DNA of 24,784 nucleotides from Chitinophagaceae bacterium (GTDB taxonomy: Bacteria > Bacteroidota > Bacteroidia > Chitinophagales > Chitinophagaceae). The stretch spans positions 1 to 24,784 of the forward strand of contig JAEUVR010000056.1 of assembly GCA_016786785.1 (NCBI GenBank), given 5' to 3'. Below, one piece after another: positions 1 to 8,497 of the stretch. A model generated the notes under the pieces. That model had not been told where the DNA came from and ran no database searches. It saw nothing but the letters and a program-made list of their open reading frames with translations. The translations under genes and the position numbers were made by a program. Every line of letters begins with the position of its first letter. The stretch's first letter is position 1.

Positions 1-1
1 T

Positions 2-214
2 GAAATAGACCCTACCGCCTGCGCCTTAAGCGGGGGAGAAGACTATGAGCTGTTGTTTACCCTGCACCCGTCCGAATATGAAAAGCTGACGCTGAATGAG
101 CAGATCAGCGCGATCGGCTATATGACCGAGCCCGATCTGGGCGCCCATATCATTACAAAAGGCGGCAGCCGGCATGAGCTTACCGCCCAGGGATGGAACG
201 CTTTTAACAGATAA
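2..214 (+). CDS. thiL: 3' fragment of thiamine-monophosphate kinase (AIR-synthase-related C-terminal domain); the 5' part lies outside the window
   Basis: The frame from position 2 translates to EIDPTACALSGGEDYELLFTLHPSEYEKLTLNEQISAIGYMTEPDLGAHIITKGGSRHELTAQGWNAFNR and stops at 212-214. The GGEDYELLFT motif and length are typical of the ThiL C-terminus. Other PurM-superfamily members cannot be excluded without a search. Confidence 0.55.
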   Translation, partial: EIDPTACALSGGEDYELLFTLHPSEYEKLTLNEQISAIGYMTEPDLGAHIITKGGSRHELTAQGWNAFNR

Positions 215-234
215 CAATCACCGATGGGGACCTT

Positions 235-1746
235 ATGAAAAAACTATCAGGTCGCATTTCCGCCCCAGCGCTTATTTTCCTGGCGCTCCTGGCCTCATCC
301 TGCTCTAGCTCCCGGCAGATATCCGGAGAGGAAAAAAAGTATTCGCCCGAACAATTAAGAAACGATTACCGCATATTCCGGAATATGCTGGAAGAGTCTC
401 ATCCATCCCTTTATTGGTTTACGCCCAAGGATAGCATGGACCATATTTTCGACAGGGCATACGGGCGCATCGCCGACTCCATGAACGAGCGGCAGTTCGG
501 AACCTTATTAATGCCCGTGGTTGCCGCTATCCGCTGCGGACATACCTACGTAAAGTATTCTAAAGCGTTTTCCCATTATCTCGACACCGCGGCAGTAAAG
601 ATCTTTCCGCTTTCTTTCAAGGTATGGAAGGACACGCTCGTATTGACCGGCAACCTGAACAAATACGATTCGCAACTGAAAAGAGGAACCGTCATAACGG
701 CAATTAACGACCGCTCTGCGAAACAACTGATCGATACGCTTTCCCGATACACTACCGCCGATGGTTATTCAGGCACGGGTAGGTATCAGTCGCTCAGTAC
801 CATGGGAACTTTCGGGTTTCACTATAAAAATGTATTTGGATTAACCGATTCCCTTAAGATCGGATACCTCGGCCCGGATGGCGCTCCTGAAGAAACCCTT
901 ATCGCGACATTCAGCGCATCCAGGGATTCCTTAAAAGCAAAAGACAGCCTCGACCAGAAAAAATATTCGACCAGGCAACTCCGTTACCTGAAATCTTTCT
1001 CCATCAGGAACCTGCAGGCGGATACTTCGCTGCATTCGGCCTACATGACGTTAAATACCTTTGCCAGGGGGAATGGGCTCAGGCGGTTTTTCCGGAGCTC
1101 TTTCCGATCCGTCAACAAGCTGCAGCTAAAACACCTGGTTATCGATGTAAGGTCCAATGGCGGCGGAGACGCAGGAAATTCAACCCTACTGCTGAAATAT
1201 CTTTCAGATCGCCCGTTCAAAATAGCCGATTCATTATATGCCATTAAAAAAACTTCCGCATACCGCAAATACATCAGCCGGCAGCGATTACATTGGCTGG
1301 TGACCAGCCTGGTCGCCCGCAAAAAAGCCGATAATCATTATCATTTTGGCTATTTCGAACGCCATTATTTCAAACCCCGCAAAAAAAATCATTTTGACGG
1401 GAATATCTATATCCTGACAGGCGGTAATTCTTATTCGGCCACGACCATCTTTGCCCAGAAGCTAAAAGGTCAATCCAATGTGACGATCGTGGGAGAAGAG
1501 ACGGGCGGCGGCGCTTATGGAAACAGCGCCTGGATCATTCCCGAACTGCGACTGCCTGCTACGCATATGCGCATTGGCGTTCCCAAATTCAGGATGGTTA
1601 TGGAAAAAGATCTTGTAGGAGAAGGAAGAGGGGTGATGCCCGATGTTTTTGTGGCGCCCACGGTAGACGATATCCGCAAAGGCATAGATGTAAAAGCGCT
1701 TAAAGCAAAGTCGCTGATCATACAGGCAAACAATGCCGATCGCTGA
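235..1746 (+). CDS. S41-family (C-terminal processing / tail-specific) peptidase, lipoprotein
   Basis: 503-aa ORF. The N-terminus MKKLSGRISAPALIFLALLASSC looks like a lipoprotein signal peptide ending in a cysteine. The motifs LVIDVRSNGGGD and YILTGGNSYSATTIFAQKLKG match the S41 peptidase catalytic region (VIDLRxNxGG, and a serine followed by a lysine-bearing helix). Confidence 0.8.
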   Translation: MKKLSGRISAPALIFLALLASSCSSSRQISGEEKKYSPEQLRNDYRIFRNMLEESHPSLYWFTPKDSMDHIFDRAYGRIADSMNERQFGTLLMPVVAAIRCGHTYVKYSKAFSHYLDTAAVKIFPLSFKVWKDTLVLTGNLNKYDSQLKRGTVITAINDRSAKQLIDTLSRYTTADGYSGTGRYQSLSTMGTFGFHYKNVFGLTDSLKIGYLGPDGAPEETLIATFSASRDSLKAKDSLDQKKYSTRQLRYLKSFSIRNLQADTSLHSAYMTLNTFARGNGLRRFFRSSFRSVNKLQLKHLVIDVRSNGGGDAGNSTLLLKYLSDRPFKIADSLYAIKKTSAYRKYISRQRLHWLVTSLVARKKADNHYHFGYFERHYFKPRKKNHFDGNIYILTGGNSYSATTIFAQKLKGQSNVTIVGEETGGGAYGNSAWIIPELRLPATHMRIGVPKFRMVMEKDLVGEGRGVMPDVFVAPTVDDIRKGIDVKALKAKSLIIQANNADR

Positions 1747-1976
1747 GCCGGATCCCAACGCCGGCCTGATGCGCTCTTAGATGATCTGCCCGGCGCACAA
1801 TTAACTGACTATTGCTGTAAGCGTCCCGGCACAATCCCCCCAACAAGCCGGTTGTTAAACAAGATCAATATCTTTATAAAATGGCGCCTTGTTTGAAACC
1901 TGGAAAATCAATAAACAGGATTACTAAATCTTACCTTGTTCGACACGGACACTTTTAATTAAAAAATTTAACGGCA

Positions 1977-2327
1977 ATGGCTTATGACAATAAACTTGCA
2001 AACCGGGTAAGAGAATATCTAAGAACCATTCCAAACATAAAAATGGAAGAAAAAATGATGTTCGGCGGATTGGCATTTATGATCAACGGCAAAATGTGCA
2101 TCAACGTGGGAGACGACCTGTTGATGTGCCGTTTTGATCCCGAATTAACCGAAGAACTATCCAAGCGAAAGGGGTTTCAGCCAATGATAATGAAAGGGAG
2201 TGAATACAAAGGCTATTGCTATGTAGGGCCGCAGGGATATAAGAATAAAAAAGATTTTGAGTTTTGGTTGAATTTATGCCTTGAATTTAACGACAGGGCA
2301 AAGGCATCAAAAAAGAAAAAGCGTTAA
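1977..2327 (+). CDS. TfoX/Sxy N-terminal domain family small protein
   Basis: 116 aa: MAYDNKLANRVREYL...MFGGLAFMINGKMCINVGDDLLMCRFDPELTEEL...KGSEYKGYCYV. The size, the K-M-FGG-LAFM-xNGKMC core and the lysine-rich tail match the TfoX N-terminal domain proteins common in Bacteroidetes. Confidence 0.6.
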   Translation: MAYDNKLANRVREYLRTIPNIKMEEKMMFGGLAFMINGKMCINVGDDLLMCRFDPELTEELSKRKGFQPMIMKGSEYKGYCYVGPQGYKNKKDFEFWLNLCLEFNDRAKASKKKKR

Positions 2328-2469
2328 GCTTTTTGAAAGAATAAAGAGGAACTGTTTCAACCCTTCATCGGAAAGCAGGGCAAACAGAAATTTTTCATAT
2401 TCCCGCCTTTTCTCAGGCCCGCAACCCGAAAGCGACGCCAATCATTAATCCCCCGCAGCCGGAAGCCTC

Positions 2470-3573
2470 TTACGGAACGATCATTTTAACGACTTCCAAC
2501 TGATCGTTAAATACCATAAGATCGGCCTGGTATCCCGGCGCTATCTTTCCCAGCTTTGACTTCCCGTCTAAAAGTTTTGCAGGATAGGTTGAAGACATTT
2601 TCAACGCTTCTTCCGGGGGGATGCCCACCTGCCGCACTGCATTCTGTACGCCCTTCATCATATTTAAAGCCGACCCCGACAGCGTGCCGTTTTCCAACGT
2701 GTACCTGTCGCCTTTATAATGATGATGATACTCCCCTTCCTTTATTTCCGTTACGGCGTCGGTAATAAAAAACAATCTTTCCTTCATTATTTTTTTACTG
2801 ATCCGCACAGAAGAAAAATCAACATGTACGCCATCGCAGATGATGCTGGCCATCGCGGAAGGATGATCATATATCGCGCCAACCAACCCGGGCTCCCGGC
2901 CCTGTAACGGCGACATGGCATTAAACAAATGTGTTGCTGCGGGAATACCCTTATCAAACCCGCTGATACCCTGGCGGTAATCGGCATTGGAATGGCCGGC
3001 AGACAGTAGAATACGCTCTTTCAATAAAAACGCCAGCGCTTCTTCGCTGCAAAGCTCGGGGGCGATCGTCATCATCTTAATGATGCCCCTTCCCTTATCA
3101 AACAGCATTTCGAGCTCGCCCAGCTCCGCCTTTTTGATATATCCTTCTATATGCGCCCCTTTTTTCACGGGATTAAGATAAGGCCCCTCCATATGGAGGC
3201 CCAGCAGTCCCTTATACCCCTTGTCCCAGTATTCGCGCACGGCCTCGATCCCTTTCAAAAAGTTATCTATGGAATTGGTAGCCATCGTGATCATAAAATG
3301 AGCGGCGCCCCCTTCCATACAATAATCGTAAGTATTTTGAAGAGACGCTATGTCGAGGCAATGGGAAAACATTTTTCCGTTCCCCCCATAGATCTGGATA
3401 TCGATCAACGCAGGCGCTATATTTAATCCGCCCAGATCCTCCCTGGTATAACCCTCCGGGATATTGTCCTTATCCGCTATTGCTTTTATAAAACCATCCT
3501 CAACAAGTATGGCTTTGTTCCGCTCAATAGTTTCTCCTGAATAAATAATACCGTTAGTGTAGGCTGTTTTCAT
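2470..3573 (-). CDS. nagA: N-acetylglucosamine-6-phosphate deacetylase
   Basis: 367 aa. The PALIDIQIYGGNG motif aligns with the NagA GFIDVQLNGCGG region. It has the length and overall amidohydrolase-fold character of NagA. Its start codon lies 2 bp from the stop of the upstream minus-strand gene. Confidence 0.8.
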   Translation of the reverse strand: MKTAYTNGIIYSGETIERNKAILVEDGFIKAIADKDNIPEGYTREDLGGLNIAPALIDIQIYGGNGKMFSHCLDIASLQNTYDYCMEGGAAHFMITMATNSIDNFLKGIEAVREYWDKGYKGLLGLHMEGPYLNPVKKGAHIEGYIKKAELGELEMLFDKGRGIIKMMTIAPELCSEEALAFLLKERILLSAGHSNADYRQGISGFDKGIPAATHLFNAMSPLQGREPGLVGAIYDHPSAMASIICDGVHVDFSSVRISKKIMKERLFFITDAVTEIKEGEYHHHYKGDRYTLENGTLSGSALNMMKGVQNAVRQVGIPPEEALKMSSTYPAKLLDGKSKLGKIAPGYQADLMVFNDQLEVVKMIVP

Positions 3574-3574
3574 A

Positions 3575-4411
3575 TCATATGCCGATCATAAAAGGATCCG
3601 CGTCTTTTAAAAAAGGCAGGTTGGTCCGCGCCAAATGCAGCGGCTGCCATTGTAAGCTATAAGTAAAAACATCTTCCTTATGCGAAGAATGGTATAAGAT
3701 CTCCCCAAGCGGGCCAATGATCATGGAATCGCCGCTGTGATAAACTTCGCCGCCATCATTCCCAACTCTGTTAACGCCGGCAACATAACACTGGTTTTCT
3801 ATGGCCCGCGCCTGGAGCAGCGTTTTCCAGGCCAGGTTACGGCGTTCCGGCCAATTGGCCACATTGATCAGCAGGTCGTATTCGGGTTCCGAGTTTTTTT
3901 TGGGATCGAAATGTTCCTGGTTCATCAGGGCGGAAGACTGCCTTGCCCATACGGGAAAGCGGAGATCGTAACATATCTGCAGGTTTACCTTCCATCCCTT
4001 TACAGAAGCGATCAGCCGTTTATGGCCCGCCGTGTAATGATTATCTTCCCCGGCATAACCAAAAAGATGTCTTTTATCATAATATCCGAATTCGCCCGTC
4101 GGCAACATCCAGATCAACCGATTATAAAAATCTCCGCCCTCCTCGATAATAATGCTTCCCGTCAGGATGATCTTTTTGGTCGCGGCCATGCGCTTCATCC
4201 ATTGAACGGTCGGACCTTCCATCGGTTCCGCAAATGCAGAAGGGTTCATGCTGAATCCCGTAGTGAACATTTCGGGAAGAATGACCACTTCTGTTTTTTC
4301 GGTTATGCTCCCGATCTTTTGTTCAAACATATCCAGGTTGGCGGAAATGTTTTCCCAGTGGAGCGCCGTCTGGATCAGGGTAACCGTAAGAGAAGATGCG
4401 GGTTCTTTCAT
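3575..4411 (-). CDS. carbon-nitrogen hydrolase (nitrilase superfamily, omega-amidase / YafV-like)
   Basis: 278 aa. A Glu-Lys-Cys triad is in the expected contexts: VVILPEMF for the glutamate, YDKRHLF for the lysine and NLQICYDLRFP for the cysteine. Confidence 0.8.
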   Translation of the reverse strand: MKEPASSLTVTLIQTALHWENISANLDMFEQKIGSITEKTEVVILPEMFTTGFSMNPSAFAEPMEGPTVQWMKRMAATKKIILTGSIIIEEGGDFYNRLIWMLPTGEFGYYDKRHLFGYAGEDNHYTAGHKRLIASVKGWKVNLQICYDLRFPVWARQSSALMNQEHFDPKKNSEPEYDLLINVANWPERRNLAWKTLLQARAIENQCYVAGVNRVGNDGGEVYHSGDSMIIGPLGEILYHSSHKEDVFTYSLQWQPLHLARTNLPFLKDADPFMIGI

Positions 4412-4450
4412 AACAGCGTCAGGATAAGTTAATGAACGGAAATCCGCCGT

Positions 4451-4939
4451 TCATTTTTTACCGGGCTTTTGCATTTCAGCCAGCGCATCCGATACCAGCT
4501 CGCGCTCATACCCCTTCTGCGCCAGGAAGTCGGCCGTTTTTTTTCTTTTTATAAACAGGTTCCTTTCTGATCCAAGCGATTCCCATTTCTGCTGAAGCAA
4601 TTCCTTCAGTGTATCTATGTATTGGTCCTCGTCAATTTCCTTCAACCCCTGTTTTATACAATATTCGCTAACTTTTTTCTGTTTAAGCGCATATTTTATC
4701 TTCACCCTCCCCCATTTTTTCATCCTGAACTTTCCTCCGGCAAAAATCTTCGCATACCGCTCCTCATTCAGGTAGTTTTCTTCTATAAGCTGCGAAATAA
4801 TGGTCTCTACCTCCTCTTTCCATAAACCAAAAGAATACAACTTCTCCTTTACTTCAGTATGGTTTCTTTCCTGGTACGCGCAATAATGTTTTATTTGCTG
4901 AAGCGCCTGTTCTTTGCCGAGTCGTTTTTTTGATAACAT
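4451..4939 (-). CDS. recX: recombination regulator RecX
   Basis: The ORF extends to 5020, but the RecX-like sequence begins at the internal Met MLSKKRLGKEQALQQIKHYCAYQERNHTEVKEKL (ATG at 4937-4939 on the minus strand). The result is about 162 aa of helical repeats with the conserved YLNEERYA motif. The 27 residues upstream have no RecX-like character. Confidence 0.75.
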   Translation of the reverse strand: MLSKKRLGKEQALQQIKHYCAYQERNHTEVKEKLYSFGLWKEEVETIISQLIEENYLNEERYAKIFAGGKFRMKKWGRVKIKYALKQKKVSEYCIKQGLKEIDEDQYIDTLKELLQQKWESLGSERNLFIKRKKTADFLAQKGYERELVSDALAEMQKPGKK

Positions 4940-5149
4940 GCCTTGAATCCTCGTGGTTCTGCAATAAATCATTGGCTCATCTCCCGGGAGGGTTGTCCGG
5001 AGTTCGCTTATTACCGGCAACCAGTAAGCCGTTGATACAAATATAGGGGATGCCGGGCTGCTTCAGGCGATTTACCCGTCCGGGTTTGTTTTTTATCCCT
5101 AACTCGCCCCGGGTTTGGTCAAATTTGGGCGTTTTAATGTAGGTTTGCT

Positions 5150-5157
5150 AAAATTCA
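5150..5157 (+). promoter_or_regulatory. putative Bacteroidetes sigma-A -7 element (TAggTTTG) for dnaN
   Basis: An exact TAnnTTTG match lies about 20 bp upstream of the dnaN ATG. Confidence 0.35.
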
Positions 5158-5176
5158 AATTTTAATCCCCTTCAAT

Positions 5177-6292
5177 ATGAAGTTCATTGTTTCTTCTTCA
5201 GCGTTATTAAAACAATTACAACTGATCAATGGCGTGATCAACAGCAATACTGTTTTACCTATCCTGGAAGATTTCCTGTTCGAAGTGAATAAAAACAAGC
5301 TTAGCGTAGTAGCTACCGACCTGGAAACCGTGATGAAAGTAGAGCTGGAAATAGAAGCAAATGAATCCGGAAAAGTATGTATCCCCGCCAGGATACTGGT
5401 CGACTCCTTAAAGAACCTGCCCGATCAGCCGCTAACCTTTAGTATCGATAAAAACTTTGCTATCGAGATCACCAGCGACAATGGTAAGTACAAGGTGATG
5501 GGCGAAAACCCCGATAATTTTCCCAAGGAACCGACTGGCGATGACGCCGCTTCGTTTACCATTCCTTCCAACGCGCTGCTAACCGCTATCAATAAAACGA
5601 TCTTTGCCGTCAGCAGCGACGATCTTCGTCCTGCAATGACCGGCGTCTTTTTTGAAATGTCCAAGCAGGGTTTACAGTTTGTCGCCACAGACGCTCACCG
5701 GTTGGTAAGGTATAAAAGAAAGGACGTAAGCTGCCCGAAAAACGATTCGATGATCGTTCCCAAAAAACCGCTCAACCTGCTTAAATCTGCCATCCCCGCC
5801 AATAACGACGAGCTGACCATCAGCTACAACAGCAACCATCTTTTTGTTAAGCATCATGCGACCCAGATGAGTTGCCGTCTGATAGACGCCAGGTTCCCGG
5901 ATTATAAGGTGGTGATACCAGCGGATAACCCGTTTAAGCTTACCGTCGATAAAAATGATTTCCAGAGCGCACTGCGAAGGGTCAGCATCTTCAGCAACAA
6001 GAGCACCAACCAGGTGGTGGTAAGCATTTCCGGCAGCGAATTACAGCTTGCCGCCCAGGATGTGGACTTCTCCTTCGAAGGAACCGAAAGAATGCAATGC
6101 CAGTATAACGGAGAAGATCTTCAGATCGCCTTCAATGCAAAGTTCCTGATCGAAATGCTGAACGCTACCGACAGCGACGAAGTGTCGATCGATCTGTCAA
6201 CGCCTACAAAAGCAGGCATTCTCAAGCCCATTGCGCAGGATGATGAAGAAGACCTGCTGATGCTGGTAATGCCGCTGATGCTGAATGCTTAA
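5177..6292 (+). CDS. dnaN: DNA polymerase III beta sliding clamp
   Basis: 371 aa starting MKFIVSSSALLKQLQLINGVI. It has the three-domain length and the typical DnaN N-terminus and C-terminal MPLML motif. Confidence 0.95.
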   Translation: MKFIVSSSALLKQLQLINGVINSNTVLPILEDFLFEVNKNKLSVVATDLETVMKVELEIEANESGKVCIPARILVDSLKNLPDQPLTFSIDKNFAIEITSDNGKYKVMGENPDNFPKEPTGDDAASFTIPSNALLTAINKTIFAVSSDDLRPAMTGVFFEMSKQGLQFVATDAHRLVRYKRKDVSCPKNDSMIVPKKPLNLLKSAIPANNDELTISYNSNHLFVKHHATQMSCRLIDARFPDYKVVIPADNPFKLTVDKNDFQSALRRVSIFSNKSTNQVVVSISGSELQLAAQDVDFSFEGTERMQCQYNGEDLQIAFNAKFLIEMLNATDSDEVSIDLSTPTKAGILKPIAQDDEEDLLMLVMPLMLNA

Positions 6293-6343
6293 ACATCCAA
6301 TAGCGAACCCTTCTTCAGCCGCTTTATAAAGACTCCCGACAAT

Positions 6344-7069
6344 ATGAAGATCATTGCGATGATACCTGCGCGCTATGCCGCCACCCGCTTTCCCGCAAAG
6401 CTGATGCAAAAGCTGGGCGACAAAACCGTAATCCGGCATACTTACGAGAATACGGTCGCCACCGGATTGTTTGACGAAGTGATCGTGGTAACAGACAGCG
6501 AGATCATCTTTGAAGAGATAACCGCTCATGGCGGTAAATCGATCCGGAGCAGGAAATCGCACGAGAGCGGCAGCGACCGGATCGCAGAGGCGGCAGAGCA
6601 GTTAGACGTGGATATCATTGTAAATGTTCAGGGCGACGAGCCCTTTGTAAAAAAGGGCCCGCTTGAAAAGCTGATCGGTCTTTTTCAGGGCGAAGCAGGC
6701 GCGCGCGTGCAGGTAGCTTCCCTGATGCAGCGCATGACCGAATCGCGGTTTATACAGGATGAGAATTATGTAAAAGTCGCCGTCGATAAAAATGACAATG
6801 CGCTATTCTTCAGCCGAAGCGTTATTCCCTATCCGCGCAATAAAGAAATTTCCATCGACTATTATGAGCATATCGGCATATATGCCTTCAGGAAGCAGGC
6901 GCTGCTAACCTTCAGTTCATGGGACATGACGCCGCTTGAAGCCGCAGAAAAGATCGAATGCCTTCGCTACCTCGAAAACGGAGTTTCTATTAAAATGGCG
7001 CTGACAGATTATATGGGCGTGGAAATTGATACGCCCGAAGACCTGCAGCGCGCCAGCTTGCTGTTATAG
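6344..7069 (+). CDS. kdsB: 3-deoxy-manno-octulosonate cytidylyltransferase (CMP-KDO synthetase)
   Basis: 241 aa. [29 protein letters not shown] and the YEHIGIYAF motif are characteristic of KdsB. Confidence 0.9.
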   Translation: MKIIAMIPARYAATRFPAKLMQKLGDKTVIRHTYENTVATGLFDEVIVVTDSEIIFEEITAHGGKSIRSRKSHESGSDRIAEAAEQLDVDIIVNVQGDEPFVKKGPLEKLIGLFQGEAGARVQVASLMQRMTESRFIQDENYVKVAVDKNDNALFFSRSVIPYPRNKEISIDYYEHIGIYAFRKQALLTFSSWDMTPLEAAEKIECLRYLENGVSIKMALTDYMGVEIDTPEDLQRASLLL

Positions 7070-7201
7070 AAAACGAGGTTTGGGAGATATCATTTAAGCT
7101 TTATTTACCCGTCAGCTTTTTACCGCAAAAAAAGATTTGCTGAAAAATTAGGTAATGTTGAAAAAAGATTCCCATATTTGCACTCCGAAAAAATAACGTA
7201 C

Positions 7202-7297
7202 ATGCATCGAGCAGAACAACATATTATCACAAAGGACTGGTTTAGCCTGAAAGGCTATGACGCCGGTTCCGGGGCATGTATCTATGCAATAGTTTAA
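7202..7297 (+). CDS. 31-codon small ORF (MHRAEQHIITKDWFSLKGYDAGSGACIYAIV), hypothetical
   Basis: An ATG-to-TAA ORF I read directly from the sequence. It lies in an otherwise ORF-free gap, 24 bp upstream of a strong intrinsic terminator. There is no homology support, so it may not be coding. Confidence 0.2.
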   Translation: MHRAEQHIITKDWFSLKGYDAGSGACIYAIV

Positions 7298-7320
7298 TAA
7301 TAAAAATTGCTGAAACATAC

Positions 7321-7350
7321 GCCCCGCCTATAAAGCGGGGCTTTTTATTT
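7321..7350 (+). terminator. rho-independent terminator
   Basis: gccccgc-ctataaa-gcggggc forms a 7-bp GC stem, followed directly by tttttattt. Confidence 0.7.
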
Positions 7351-7538
7351 GAATTGTTAAAAGAAATAACGTGGGGCTACCATTACAACATAAACGATTT
7401 ACGATGAGGAACACATTTTGTTCATTGCTGATTGGCTATTGGCATAACCATACATGTTTCAATAATGATAGCATAGGCAATGAGCTGGATATTCTTTCGC
7501 AACGACCGGATTATAGTCGCATGGATACATAAGTATCT

Positions 7539-7574
7539 GCGCTTCTTTAAAAAACCCGGTCGCCAATAACGACC
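7539..7574. terminator. bidirectional rho-independent terminator
   Basis: aaaaaa-cccggtcg-ccaataa-cgaccggg-ttttttt: an 8-bp GC-rich stem flanked by an A-run and a T-run. Confidence 0.7.
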
Positions 7575-7699
7575 GGGTTTTTTTGTGTCCTTGATTACAG
7601 CATATAACCCGCTTTTTTTAAGGTTCATGATATCAGGTTCTTTATCGTGATGGAGTCCTGTGCCCATACGGGTTAACAACACGGATTCCAACCCCGTGC

Positions 7700-7733
7700 A
7701 TGAAGGTTCGAACCCTTCATCCTGTGTTTTTTT
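7700..7733 (+). terminator. terminator-like hairpin plus T7 tract
   Basis: atgaagg-ttcgaac-ccttcat forms a 7-bp stem. After a 6-nt spacer (cctgtg) comes ttttttt. The spacer is longer than usual. Confidence 0.4.
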
Positions 7734-7743
7734 AAATCAAACA

Positions 7744-8226
7744 ATGATGGAACAGCAATGGAGAAAACTAGACGGAACATTAGTCGGTCAACCGATTGCC
7801 GATGAGATCAGGGAGGTTGTCGCTCGGGAAAAAGCGGCCGGCCACGAGCTGAAAGTATGTATCGGCGCCGACAGCCAGGTAAAGGGAAGCGTAACGGAAT
7901 TCGCGACGGTGATCGTATTTATCCGGAAAGGAAAAGGCGGATTCATGTATATCCTTCCCGAAGTCAGCCGCAGGAAAATGAGCATCAAAGAGCGGATGCT
8001 GTTGGAGGTAGCGAAAAGCATTGATGCGGCATACGGCCTGTATAGGATCTTCGCCCTGTATGGTATTGAAATGGAATTGCACGCCGACATCAATGCCAAT
8101 CCAAAGTTCAGGAGCAACGAAGCGCTGAAAGAGGCGATGGGATACATTATGGGACTGGGATTTGTTTTCCGCGCCAAGCCCCATGCTTTTGCCAGCAGCA
8201 GTTGCGCCAATAAGGTTGTACAATAA
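7744..8226 (+). CDS. DUF458 / YkuK-family RNase-H-like protein
   Basis: The ORF track starts it at 7660, but that upstream extension would translate through the terminator-like hairpin at 7700-7733, so the likely start is MMEQQ at 7744. The core VCIGADSQVKGSVTEFATVIVFIRKGKGGFMY matches the YkuK family signature (xVGTDSQ..G..T.F.T.IV.HR.GKGG.F). Confidence 0.6.
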   Translation: MMEQQWRKLDGTLVGQPIADEIREVVAREKAAGHELKVCIGADSQVKGSVTEFATVIVFIRKGKGGFMYILPEVSRRKMSIKERMLLEVAKSIDAAYGLYRIFALYGIEMELHADINANPKFRSNEALKEAMGYIMGLGFVFRAKPHAFASSSCANKVVQ

Positions 8227-8403
8227 TATATTTTAAGATATCGCTGACGCAAATGTCAGCGCAAAAGCTTCCTTAACGGGAAGACAGGTAGCAGCCTGCT
8301 TACAAACAAACCAGGCGAGGGTTTTGCAGCCCCGCAGTGCAGACGTAGTAACGATCTGTATGCTGTTGTTGCAACAGCGCGCTACCTGACAACACGCTGG
8401 GGT

Positions 8404-8432
8404 CGGAGGTTCGATTCCTCCTCTGCTAATCG
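8404..8432 (+). pseudogene. isolated tRNA 3' fragment (T-arm plus acceptor 3' strand, no upstream D or anticodon arm)
   Basis: ggagg-TTCGATT-cctcc is a canonical T-arm. It is followed by tctgcta plus a discriminator a. I found no D-arm, anticodon arm or 5' acceptor strand in the 120 nt upstream. Confidence 0.4.
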
Positions 8433-8495
8433 CAGATAGCTCAGGCTGGTCAGAGCACAGCTCCTGTAGCGCAGGTTCGAATCCTGCTCACCCTT
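8430..8495 (+). tRNA. tRNA-like element lacking an anticodon arm (probable tRNA pseudogene or chimera)
   Basis: The 5' strand tcgcaga is followed by ta. The D-arm is gctc-aggctggtca-gagc. Only 14 nt follow where about 23 are needed. Then comes a canonical T-arm gcagg-TTCGAAT-cctgc and tcaccct, which does not pair with the element's own 5' strand. Confidence 0.35.
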
Positions 8496-8497
8496 AA

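Noticed and set aside
3737-4432. 231-aa plus-strand ORF
   Set aside because: It is entirely antisense to the well-supported carbon-nitrogen hydrolase gene, has no recognisable domain and is arginine/proline-rich. This is typical of shadow ORFs opposite GC-containing genes.
5021-5176. DnaA boxes or oriC next to dnaN
   Set aside because: The best match is ttatccctaa, 7/9 to TTATCCACA. There is no cluster of boxes or AT-rich DNA-unwinding element, and dnaA is not adjacent. In Bacteroidetes, dnaN is commonly separated from dnaA and oriC.
7380-7735. A complete tRNA ending at the T-arm-like hairpin 7700-7726
   Set aside because: There is no D-arm upstream. The candidate anticodon stem needs a 9-nt loop. 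No 5' strand is complementary to atcctgt. GGTTCGAACC is self-complementary, so a plain terminator hairpin explains it.
7788-8252. 147-aa and 154-aa minus-strand ORFs
   Set aside because: They are antisense to the DUF458/YkuK gene and have a low-complexity, Ser/Leu-rich composition.
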